A model generated the notes under the pieces. That model was given only the letters and a program-made list of their open reading frames with translations. It had not been told where the DNA came from and did not search any database. From NCBI GenBank assembly GCA_028023455.1, contig JAQFVV010000009.1:744001-808000 (forward strand): a stretch of DNA of 64,000 bases, written 5' to 3'. Source of the stretch: Epiperipatus broadwayi. Taxonomy: Eukaryota; Animalia; Onychophora. Below, piece by piece: positions 50,788-63,130 of this stretch (position 1 is its first letter; every line of letters starts with the position of its first letter). The position numbers and the translations under genes were made by a program.

Positions 50788-53700
50788 AAAGGCAACATAT
50801 AGTAGAAATTTGATGTATTTATGTATGAGGGTTGGTTCAAATCCTCCTGAGTCCTTCAATTTTTTTTAATGTAATTATTTTTTAGATTTTTTCCTAAGAG
50901 CAAGATTAATTAGAGGCTTCCATACATTGTGTATTGCCACACTGGGTTGATTTATAGGATTATTTACAATTGTCATATGAGCAGCTTCCTTGAATTTTCT
51001 TCTATGCATTTTTTACTCTTTATCCAATATCTTTGTATTTTCCCACTTAAGCATATAGTTATTAGTACATACATGATCTGCTGTGGTAGACACATCTGTT
51101 TTTCTCTTTTAACCATTAGTTTGTGTTTCTTCAATCGCTGTTCAACAGGCCGACAGGTCCAGTTTAAGCTTAGTAGAAGTAAGCAATCCTCAAAGTGTGG
51201 TATGGCTTTGGAATGCAAATCTAATGTTATATTGACTGCAGATTTTCTTTAATTTGTCCGCCATTCCTGGTATGTATGGATACACTACCATACCAATAAC
51301 TGTTTTTTTTTTTGGTGTCTCTTTGTGTTGTCTATTGAAGGTTTTCCTGATGACTGCTGATGGATAACCATTCTTCATAAGCATTTGTTCTTTTCTTTTT
51401 CCAAATCACTGGTTTCTGAACAAATCTCCTTTGCTCTGTTCCATAGAGATAGTACAATTCCTTGTTTAGTGCTTCTTGTATGATTGGATGTATATGCCAA
51501 GTATTTTCTAGTGTGTGTTGGTTTCCTGTATGCTGTTGTTTTTACTTTGCCTTGAGGGAGTCTTGTCACAAGAACATCCAAGAATGCCAATTTTTGTTCT
51601 TGTTCTGATTCCATTCTGAATTTAATTGTAGAAGATATGCTGTTAATGTGCTTCCAGAATGACTGTAATTTTTCCTCACCATGTGGCCATACCACAAATG
51701 TATCATCAACATATCGAAGCCACACTTTAGGTGGACATGGAGTAGCATTTATATCTGTGGTTTCAAGTTCTTCCATGTTAATGTTGCTGAGCAAGGGTGA
51801 CAGTGATGATCCCATGGCCATCCCTTGATTTTGTTGAAAGAATTCTGAGTTATATTGAAAGTATGTTGTTGTTACACAGAATGTTAATAATTCCATTATA
51901 CTATCAATAGGTAGAGCTGTTCTAGTTTGTAGAATATTATCATCATATAACCTTTCCTTACAATAGACAATGCCTCATCACATGGTACATTTGTAAACAG
52001 ACTGTCCACATCAAAGCTTACCAATATGTCAGTTCTTTCCATTTTCATGTTCCAGACTAATTCTACAAAGTGCTTAAAATCCCTGATGAAAGACTGTGTC
52101 CTATACGCCAATGGACTAAGAACTTCGAGAAGAAATCTTGACAAATTTTGACTTAGTGAAATTTCTAGAACCAACAATAGGTCTTAATGGAACATTGTCT
52201 TTATGGATTTTAGACAGTCCATACAGGTGAGGGATCTTGCTGAAATACGAAGTTAATTTTCTTTTCTCTGAATCACTGAAATACCTGCGATGCTTCCGGA
52301 GTAATGCTTGTAATTTTACCTCTGTATTTGGAATTGGATTTTTTGCTACTTTTTTGTATTTTCCTGCTGTGAGAAGACCTTGTATTTTATTATCATAATC
52401 AATTTTATTATCATAATCAGCTTTATCCATTACAACTGTAGTGTTACCTTTGTCAGCAGGAAGAATGATTATAGATGTATCTTGTTGGAGAGATTTAATA
52501 GTTTTCCTCTCATCACATGAAATATTCGACTTCCGCTTGTGCAATCGATGTCTTTCAAGTGTTCTTTTTACTCTCCAGTGTAACTCTACTGCTTATTCTA
52601 TAGTCAAGTTTTGGGTCACCTCATCAGTGGCATCCATTATATCCAATAGTGGAACAGTAGATGGTGTAATGTCAAAATTCAAATCTTTTTCAAGAACTGA
52701 TAATTCATAATCGGTAAGTTGTTTAGAACTAAGATTTTCCTCCAAGAGAGCTGAAAAAATTATTCAGAGAGCAAATGAGGCCTTACTGAGAGAAAGTATA
52801 AAGGTTCAGCGGTTTACCAAGTATCAAACATTGCAATCTATTAGAAATATTGGAATCGTTTCTACAAAACAAAGTGGAATCGTTTCTATAAAACAAAGTT
52901 ACAGGTGAAGATTTCTCAAGAATTTGTCAAGCAGTGAACAGATCATATTGTAAGTTACATGGAAGAATAAAAGAACTTAAGAAGAGGAAGCTTGAAAATC
53001 TACATAGGCAAGTCAAAAGTAATACTGCAACTAGTCTATCCTCGTCATCAGTGAAACATCTTAGTTCTAAACAACTTACCAATTGTGAATTATCAGTTCT
53101 TGAAAAAGGTCTGAATTTCACCATTACACCATCTACTGTTTTTCTATTGGATATAATGGCTGACACTGATGAGGTGACCCAAAACATGACTAGAGAAGAA
53201 GCAGCAGAGTTATACTGGAGAGTAAAAAGGACACTTGAAAGACATTGAGTGCACAAGCAGAAGTTGAACATTTCATGTGATGAGAGGAAATCTATTAAAC
53301 TCTCAAACAAGATACATCTATAATCATTCTTTCTGCTGACAGAGGTAACACTACAGTTGTAATGGATAAAACTGATTATGGTAACAAAATACAAGGTCTT
53401 CTCGCAGCAGGCCGATACAAAAAAGTAGCAAAAAATCCAATTCCAAATACAGAGGTAAAACTACAAGCATTACTCTGGAAGCATCGCAGGTATTTCAGTG
53501 ATACAGAGAAAAGAAAATTAACTGTATTTCAGCAAGATTCCTCACCTGTATGGACTGCCTAAAATCCATAAAGACAATGTTCCATTAAGAGCTATTGTTA
53601 GTTCTAGAAATTCATCATGTCAAAATTTGTCAAAATTTCTTCTCGAAGTTCTTAATCCATTGGCATATAGGACACAGTCTTTCATCAGGGATTATAAGCA

Positions 53701-54628
53701 CTTTGCAGAATTAGTCAGGAACATGAAAATGGAAAGAACTGACATATTGGTAAGCCTTGATGTGGAAAGTCTGTTTACAAATGTACCATGTGATGAGGCA
53801 TTGTCTATTGTAAGGAAAAGGTTATATGATGACAATAGTCTACAAACTAGAACAGCTCTACCTATTAATAGTATAATGGAATTATTAACATTCTGTGTAA
53901 CAACATACTTTCAATATAACTCAGAATTCTTTCAACAAAATCAAGGGATGGCCATGGGATCATCACTGTCACCCTTGCTCAGCAACATTTACATGGAAGA
54001 ACTTGAAACCACAGATATAAATACTACTCCATGTCCTCTTAAAGTGTGGCTTTGATATGTTGATGATACATTTGTGGTATGGCCACATGGTGAGGAAAAA
54101 TTACAGTCATTCTGGATGCACATTAACAACATATCTCCTTCAAATAAATTCACAATGGAATCAGAACAAGAACAAAAATTGGCATTCTTGGATGATCTTG
54201 TGACAAGACTCCCTCAGGGCAAAGAAAAAACAACAGTGTACAGGAAACCAACACACACTAGAAAATACTTGGCATATACATCCAATCATACAAGAAGCTC
54301 TAAACAAGGAATTGTACTATCACTATGGAACAGAGCAAAGGAGGTTTGTTCAGAAACCAGTGATTTGGAAAAAAAGATTCACATAGAACAAATGCTTATG
54401 AAGAATGGTTATCCATCAGCAGTCATCAGAAAAATCTTCAATAGACAACACAAAGAGACACCAAAAGAAAAAACAGTTATTGGTACGGTAGTGTATCCAT
54501 ACATACCAAGAATGGTGGACAAATTAAAGAAAATCTGCAGTTAATATAACATTAGAACTGCTTTCCAAACCACACTTCAAGGATTGCTTACTTTTACTAA
54601 GCCTAAACTGGAAATGCTGAAGAACAAA

Positions 54629-54955
54629 AACTGCATCTATGAAATTCCATGTGAATGTGGAAGGAAATACATTGGTGAGACCTGTCAACCTGTTGAACAG
54701 CGATTGAAGGTGCACAAACTAATGGTTAAAAGATAAAAAACAGATGTGTCTACCATAGCAGATCATGTATGTACTAATAACCATATGCTTAAGTGGGAAA
54801 ATACAAAGATATTGGATAAAGAGGAAAAAATGCATAGAAGAAAATTCAAGGAAGCTGCTCATATGACAATGGTAAATAATCCTATAAGTCAACCCAGTGT
54901 GGCAATACACAATGTATGGAAGCCTCTAATTAATCTTGCTCTTAGGAAAAAATAA
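54629..54955 (+). pseudogene. GIY-YIG endonuclease domain of the Penelope-like element
   Basis: CIY...YIG motif with CECG spacer, RLKVH, and downstream H/E residues (KFKEA). Confidence 0.9.
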
Positions 54956-55050
54956 AAATAATTAGATTTAAAAAAAAATTGAAGGACTCAGGAGAATTTG
55001 AACCAACCCTCATATATAAATATATCAAATTTTTACTATATGTTGCCTTT

Positions 55051-55140
55051 GACAGAATAGCTCAGTTGGTGGAGTGTTTGCCTTAAATTCAATATTCAAA
55101 AATCTAAAAGTGCAAGTTCAACTTCTAAGCAAATATTATC
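55051..55140 (+). other. tRNA-like A/B-box cassette (right arm)
   Basis: A box TAGCTCAGTTGG (55058-55069) with D-stem GCTC/GAGT, and B-box-like AGTTCAACTTC (55115-55125). The 3' half does not form a canonical cloverleaf. Confidence 0.55.
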
Positions 55141-55160
55141 ATTGTGCATATAGGCCAGCA

Positions 55161-55205
55161 ACACCTGAAGAAGAGTGGAGAATAATACTACTCGAAACAT
55201 TGTGT
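55161..55205 (+). ncRNA. Minimal type I hammerhead ribozyme (right arm), stem III CpG-decayed
   Basis: ACAC|CTGAAGA|A|GAGTGG-AGAATAATA-CTACTC|GAAA|CATT|GTGT. Intact CUGANGA and GAAA, 6-bp stem II, 4-bp stem I. ACATT is explained by two CpG transitions from ACGTC. Confidence 0.75.
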
Positions 55206-55379
55206 AATTACTAACCTGTATTGTCTATTTGTGTGTTATTACTAACAAAGTTGTTTGTATTTGAAAAGTTTAAATAAAGTTTAAAATTTTCTATATATTC
55301 AACATTCACTCATATATGATGGAAATAGTGCAACATATCACATCTTATAATATACCATCATTACAAACCTCAGACAAAT

Positions 55380-55393
55380 ATTAAACCAAATAA
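55380..55393 (+). repeat. Right copy of the 14-bp direct repeat (putative TSD)
   Basis: ATTAAACCAAATAA, 31 nt beyond the end of arm-to-arm homology (55348). Confidence 0.65.
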
Positions 55394-56572
55394 TAGTGTC
55401 TATTATTAATGAGAAAACAAGAATCATCTAAAGTTCTTATGCAATAATGATGGGTCACAGAGAATTCCCTCAAAGTATAAAATCTAAATAAAAATAACTA
55501 TTATTGTTAAATATTTAGTTAAAATTTCCATTATATTTTCCTACTATGTAGATTTCAAACTTTTTAGTAATTTCAGCTTAGAATTTCTGGCCTGGATGAA
55601 AATTAATTAGCAACACATATTTAACTTTAAGCAAACAAAAATTTATTATAAGTAATTAAACCGAATAATATTAAATATAATTAATTTTGCAAGCAATTTA
55701 TCAAGTAAATTTCTCCAGTAAAATTACACAAGTCCACATATGTGCATAAGACTTCCTCTATTTATATTGCTGATCATGTGAGTGATTTTGATAGATGAAA
55801 CTGACACTTGATCTTAAAATTCATTAAAGTTTAAAGATTAACTGGTATCCTGAATGACATAGCTAAAAATGAACTCATTTACATAATTGTCTAGATTTTT
55901 AATTAAATGTTGCATTTTAAGATAAATTATTTATAAAAGTAAAATTATTATAGTGAAAATACAATAAAACAATGCATAATATATTACATTATTTCATATA
56001 GAATATTAATTTACATTATTTTTTTAAAATAATTTTCTACACTACTTAAGTCTAAGTTCCAAGAATATTTTTTAAAGACTTTTAAAATAAAATATTTAAG
56101 AATAACTTTTAATATTACAACAAAAAAGTTAAAATAATCAAGTTCACCATGCACATTTATTACTGTTTTTTTTATTTGATACTAATAGCTTTTACTAATA
56201 AATTAATTCTTTATCTTATTTAATTATCTAACTTAATCATACTGGACTGAATTAATTTTTATTATAATTGGCATTAAGAAAAATATATTTTTGATTAGCA
56301 AACATATTACAATAATTTTAACTCTTAATATTTTTCCAGTATTAACTCATTAACATTTAGGTAAGGATATCCCTAAACTAAGCAATTCAAAGTTATCTAC
56401 AACTACATATGGGTTTAAAGCATTATAAAAAGATATTAGGATGTATTAACATTTAAATATTAAGTTCTAACAAATTGGCTTACTATAGAAATTAACTTAC
56501 TGAAAATGTTTTTTTTTAAATACTAATCAATTAGATAACTGGAGATTTAGCTTTACTGATAAACCTAAAGGT

Positions 56573-56575
<3 letters not shown>

Positions 56576-56644
<69 letters not shown>
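56576..56644. repeat. (TA)n microsatellite
   Basis: Read directly; one C interruption. Confidence 0.95.
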
Positions 56645-56647
<3 letters not shown>

Positions 56648-58113
56648 AAAAAATAAATATTCTGAAATATATCAGAACAAGGCTAAGGAAGCAACATTGT
56701 CTCATAAATAGCAATATTTCCTACTATGGAAGTTGGATGAGCAAAATTTAAAGGAAAACTTATAAAGATTGCCAAACTGTAAAGCTAGAGTAAGTACTGT
56801 TCACTGAATGAATAGCTTGCATATTTAAATACAATAAAATATAACAGCATGACTTGCTGGCCTATAAGTGCCTCATACATTTCAGCAACCACATATTATA
56901 AATAAATCATGAACCAATTGGTTTTCTCCACTTATATACTAATTATTTGGGCTTTATAAAATATATTGCATAAGTGTTGTACTTAGGTAACTAAAATAGA
57001 TAAATAAATATATTGATTCACAAATGGCTCTTTGGCAGTTTAAATTTATATTTACAATGGACTCATGAATTTTTAAGGTACCAGTGGTCCAGAAAATAAG
57101 AATTTTGCTTGGCAAAGAAAATAAATTCAGTAAATGAAGACTTGCTTAATGATAAAGTATGGTATGGGATTAAAATAAATTATCTTAATTGTAAAATAAA
57201 TTATTGAATAAAACAATTTTATAATGATTGATGCAATAGACAAATCAAAATACTTAGGTTAATAATAATAATATAAATTTATTGAAATACATTAACTTAT
57301 TGAGGTGGATAAAATAAAGATTATAATTCTAATTTACCAAAGCAATCTAATATCCTATCATATATTTTATAATTTATCTCCCCTCCTCTTTTTCTTTTAA
57401 GATCGCAATTGATATATATGATATACATTTAAATTATAAAGCATATCGTCATGAAAGGGTTAAACAAATTCTTTAAACAAATCAATAAAAGTTTTAATAT
57501 TTTTTTTAAAAAAATATTTCTCATATAGTTCAAATGATAATAAATGCCAAGTAAGTTATATTAATGGATAATAATAATAATAATAAACTTTAATAAATGT
57601 TTATCATTAAAATTATCATTGTGTTTTATTTTTACTTTTTAAAATAAAACTTATCTGACAGTGTTAATTTAAAAGAAGGTTTTTATTAACATCTGTTACC
57701 ACAATTCTGCATATATATGACTCCAGCTCATATTCCATTATTCAATTATATTTCTTTTGGTATCTTTTTTTATTAGCAAAAACACAAACATAGGGATCCA
57801 TAAGCAATTTGAATCATTAAATAATATTCAATTATTCCTATTGACATTACAATCCAAGATGAATTCAATTATTTTATCTCCATAGCAGTCAGCATAGCAT
57901 CTGTCATATTCATTTTATTTTAATCATGAAGATACCAAATGAAGATGAGGGAACTCATGCTTCTTCTCTCTAAGTTGTCTTATTCACAGTGTGTATTTCT
58001 TTGCTATATGCCTTGAATATATTTATAAAAAGTAAGATAAAAATTTCAAAATATAAAAAAAAGCATAAATTTTTAAGCAAAAGACAGTGTGTCTTCTCAC
58101 TAAAATCATTTCT

Positions 58114-58127
58114 GTAGCTATGGCAAC
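58114..58127. promoter_or_regulatory. Second X-box-like motif GTAGCTATGGCAAC
   Basis: Fits GTNRCN0-3RGYAAC, but there is no CpG cluster or exon nearby. Confidence 0.3.
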
Positions 58128-61100
58128 ACATAATTCAGTCTTTCTTTTTTTAAATACTGGCTTGAGATCACATGGCTCTTTTCCTTCTAATAAGGCATTG
58201 TTATCATTTGCACAGTAATAATTTAAATAAAATCTTTCATTTTTAAAATTTAATAAATAAATGGTTCATTTATTTCAAATTCATTCAAAACAATAATTTT
58301 TTTTTTATTTAGCCATTTATATAGTACTATGAAACTATAGATGGCAACATGTATATGTCACAATATATATATATAAATCTTTATAAGATCAGATAATTTA
58401 GACAATCAGTAATTTATTCCTTACTTCTTATTTTTACTTATATCATTATTTAGAAACTGATCTTTGCCTCTTCTATATGATTCCTTTTCTCTTGATTATT
58501 TTTATTCCAAACATTTCTAGGTAGTTCACTCTAATATGTATCACACTTTTCAATGTTGTTCAAATCATCTCTTCTGTCCTATTTTATTATGGATTTTTTT
58601 TTATTTAATGCTCTTTTCTCCAATTCATTATTTTAATGTTAAGATAGTTACATGTAAACTCCAAATATATAAATTATACTTGTATTCAATCAAATATTTT
58701 AATGTTAACAAAATAAAATCCTTGAGTTCAAATAGAATAAAAATAATTTATATATTTTATCCAATTGACTTCTCTCAGATTTTTTAATATTGAAATTGTT
58801 TTTATTGGAAAGGCAAAAACCATTTAAATTAAAGAGATTTTCTTAAAACTGTAATATTAATTGCTTTTGTTAGTAGAATATAATTTAAGATACAATACAA
58901 TGAAAAGCTATAATTGATCAAGGTGCTGTTCAGAAAGGAAAATTTGCTAATAGAGAGATTGAAAGGCAGTATCACAAGATATCAAATAAAAGTCAAGAAT
59001 TAGCATGTAATATATATAGATATCTTGATTTATATAATCATCTCACAATTCATCTTTATTTATTTTTCTTGTCTTTTGATACCACCATACACATATCAAA
59101 GTATACCAAAATAATCGAATCGATAAGTTCCATTTTTCCATGAAAAATCAAAAAAAAAAAAGTGTGTAACATTTGAAAACATAAATACAATATTTATTTA
59201 GAAAATAAAATTAATGTATTTTTATAATAAACAATAATTGACAAATACCACCCAAAAATTTCAAATATATGCGCACACACACACTATTAGTTTTTATTTT
59301 TATAAATAATATTTTTTGTTTATATTTGTACATCCCTCATATATATATTTAATAATAAAAAAATTCATATAAAATCTATTTCTTTGAAAAATATTTTGTA
59401 AATGGAAATATTTTTCACTTTAAAAAAAAAAATGGTATCATTAAAAAGTTTATTTCTTTGAAAATTTGTTTGATTTGTAAATATTCTAAGTGTTTGATTT
59501 TCAATTAAATTAAGCAGATTTTAAAAGCATTTAATAAAAATTTTTAACATTTTTTACTAAGGTATTTAATGCAAATAAACAAAATAAAATAATTAAAAAA
59601 ACAACAACATTCCTTTGTTTTCATGGTGTTGTAGTGTGAACTGAATATTTGATTTTGGTACAATCATATAATCACCACCATCTCCTTTATTTCCCGAATA
59701 AATATTGCTGAGACAATAGAGTGCAAGATAACTCCTGAGACAATATTATTTTTAATATACTATATATTGTTATCTCACATTTGCAATACCTATATATATA
59801 GATCAGCTTACTAGTTTGCTGGTGCTAATAAAATTGCAATACCCTAATAATAAAATAGGGAAACCGGAAAATGCTCAGTACAGCAATTAATTAGAGAGGG
59901 TGATTATGTGCAATGCTTAGCATTATGACAGAATGATTATTTAGAATTTATTTTATCAATAAGCACAATTACCACATTTATTGTGTTTCTTAGCCAATGT
60001 AGGTTCTATTTCAAGAAGAAAGAAAAAAGATGGCAGCAAATACTTATCTTGCTTAGGGTTCTAAAAAGACCAATTATAGCTCTTTATACATATATTATAT
60101 AATTTTAAAAATATATTTTATGGTTTTTGAAATTGAAAAAATGCATATATGTTGTCGCTCTTTTAACCAAAACATTTGCACATTACTGAAATATATGATA
60201 AAAGAATTTTGCAGAAACCAAAGATATAGGAATTTTGTGGAAATTGTATAAAATGTGAAATTAAAGCTGCTGAGGATGTTATTATATTATAAATAAAGAC
60301 TGAAGACTTTTATTTATTAATTTATTTAATAATAATCAAAATTTGTAAAATGTTATTATATACATATAAAACTGTAATGAGAAAAGTGGCAAATACATTT
60401 ATGAAAATCTCTTTAATATCAGATTTAATAAAAAAAATAACCAAATTTTTATATTTGCCTTTACATTTTATCTTTCATGACATGTTATTTTAGTTGTGTT
60501 TATAATGCAAATATTAGTAGCATTTTTAAATTGATGTGGATATTTTTTCTTGGACACTACAACAAAACTTAATGAGTTTCTTAAAAATCTGAATACAATT
60601 TTTATACCCTGTTGTACTAAAATTCATTTATTAATCGTGTACTTTGAATGAATATTTCATCTATAATTGATTCTAAAATATCATGTATTGATCACTTGAA
60701 AAATATTGTCCATGAAGTTATGAATATTTTTCAAACATTGAAATATTTCATTATATTCATTTTTTTTTTAAAAAAAAAAAAACTCTTTGACAATATTTAC
60801 TTTTAATTCCATTCACAAAGTGTCTAAGCATTGAAAAGCTTTCTTAATCTCAATTATGGGTATAAATATTTTGAAAATTTTTAATTTTTATCTGTTTTAC
60901 TATGTCTTTTTGTAAGTTCTTTGGATATATATAATGTCACTGTGATTGAAAAAAATAATTTTCCAATCTTGCATTTCAAGCTTATATCCGTCATTAAAAT
61001 GTGAAGAAGAATATTATAAATAATCAGTGGTTTAGCTACAAAAAAATGGATCAGAAAGCAAAAGTCTCAAAAACCACTCCTCTCATTTCAAAATACTATT

Positions 61101-61959
61101 CCCCCTCCCATTCATTTACGTTATTTTTTAAAATTATTTATCATATAAAACAAATTAATAAACTCACTTGTTTTAAAACCAATTCTCTTGGCCTTTGGGT
61201 TTGCAAAGTCAATTACTTTTTCAGATTCATTTTTGAATGTCTTCTTAATGGTCAATAATTAGCATTGCAAGATCTTTAAGATTAGTTTGGCTATTTAAAT
61301 TTCATTGGAAATCTTTTATTTGTACACTATTAAAAAGTCTTCCATGTTAACCATAATTATCAAAAGTGTGAAAATCAATAGGGAAATGGTACATTCATTT
61401 CCCTAGCAATAGCTAACAATTTTCAGAATTAATTTAATTGACAATTTTTTTGATAAGATACTTTCAATAATAAATCACTTAACTAATAATCAAATTGTTT
61501 TAAGAAAAGATTAATACTATAATTATGATTCTAATCCATTAAAAAAGATTACAAATTTATTAAGGCAAAATTAATCGTGTTTTAAAAATAAGTTTTTGAG
61601 TTCTTTAAGCTTGTGTAGCCCACAGTCGTTGCCTTCCTGAGACTTAGCAGCTAGATCACTGTAAATAAATATTCTTGTATTGATAAATTCTAAAATAATA
61701 GCTGTTTTAAATAAAATTTAGAATAAGATTATTACAGATTATGACAAAAAAAAGTGTTTTCTTTTTGTTATTCCATGTAGGCATGAATTACAAAACTATT
61801 TACCAAAAATATCTTTCTGGTAATGGTTAATAAATATACTAATTTATGATGGTATTTTAAACTGATAAAGTAATTTTATCATTTTTTGAATAATGATATG
61901 AAAATTGAGATGACAACATTAATGACATCTCTCTTCTCTCTATTGATTTAAATTTGATC

Positions 61960-63130
61960 AAAGGTGTCCAGCTTAGTAAAGTTAAAACAGCTCTTTATAA
62001 TTTTTAAAAACTGAAGGCTGTCGATTTTGATAAGATACCTGGAAAATATTTCAAATAAGTTTTGGATGTGTGAGCTTTAAAAATATTGGAGCTTTTTAGC
62101 ATTTATGTACATGATATTCAGTATGATTTATTGTTCCAATTTTTAAAAATAAAAGGGATAATATAGACATTACTGCAATAATTATCGCAGAAATCATTGT
62201 CATCCATCATAAAAAAAATATTTTAAAGCATTTTATTGAATAGATTACTTCCACATAAGAATGATTATCAAAGATTCAACGTGATTTTAGAGAATCAAAA
62301 AGCCCTATAGATATACTTCATCTTGCCAAAAAAAAATTCAAGAAAAATATGGATTGTTTGAATTTAGTTGATTGTCAACCGATGTGTGTTCATACATTAA
62401 AGTTTTTACATGTCAGTGTGAAAAAAAGAACTAATACTGCAGGTAGAAAATCTGAGGTATGAAAATAAAGAAAACTGATGTTAAATAAAGATGTAATTTT
62501 ACTTTCATTTATCATGACAGTGTGATTTCATGAATGGAGATCAATTTGTGACGATGATACTTTTAATTTGAATTAATTAAAAATGGGGCTTTTGAATTTG
62601 TAGTACACTGATGATTATGTTATTTTTACAATTGAAAAAGTAACTTGTCATTATGCTAAATATGTCGAATGCAATATGTAAAGATTTTTGGTTTAGTAAT
62701 TAATGTTCAAAAAACTCAAGTTCTTTATCAGCCAGTGATGGAAGAGAAATCTTCTGCAACTTTTAGCTTGGATTGTTTTCATATTATTGTTATTATCTTG
62801 AGAACATTACCTAATTTAAATGTCTTCATACATTATTAAGTAGTAAGATGGACTTAGATATTAGGATGCTACAACTGCTTTTAAAAAGTTAAAGATAAGA
62901 TATTTCATTGCATTGATATAACTCCTGTAATTAAATTTGTTACACAGAGAATTATTTTTTCATCTAATCTATTGTGTGGAAGTGAGACATGGACACCCCA
63001 ATGATATAACATAGACTTTAGGAAACTTTCATCCAAGGATATTCTATAAAATTCTAAAAATATGATGGCAAAATCATGAAACTAATCAAAATGTTTTTTA
63101 AATTGATGGGTATGATAAATGTAGAGTTTT
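61960..63130 (+). mobile_element. Heavily decayed RTE/L2-type LINE ORF2 remnant
   Basis: Fragments KAVDFDKIP (~62015-62045), IVPIFK / SILLNR (~62130-62245), Q.DFR (~62275), and LLCGSETW..IFYKILK..WQNH.TN (62965-63090). Confidence 0.6.

Larger units (their letters stand above)
50488..52740 (-). mobile_element. Penelope-like element, left arm (5'-truncated, decayed, GIY-YIG core deleted)
   Basis: RT motifs VSFDVDSLFTNVP, GMAMGSSLSP, WLRYVDD and YRKPTHT on the - strand. It is the reverse complement of ~53053-55348. Confidence 0.95.
52741..55379 (+). mobile_element. Penelope-like element (Penelope/Poseidon-type), right arm: RT plus GIY-YIG endonuclease, 5'-truncated, decayed
   Basis: VSLDVESLFTNVP, GMAMGSSLSP, YVDD (54056-54067) and YRKPTHT, followed by NCIYEIPCECGRKYIGET..QRLKVH (54629-54716) and IADH..NH...W. 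Frameshifts and CGA>TGA stops are present. Confidence 0.95.

Noticed and set aside
52927-53394. Antisense ORFs over the Penelope arms (also 52441-52710, 50929-51252, 54524-54910)
   Set aside because: They are shadow frames of the PLE coding strand with no independent evidence.
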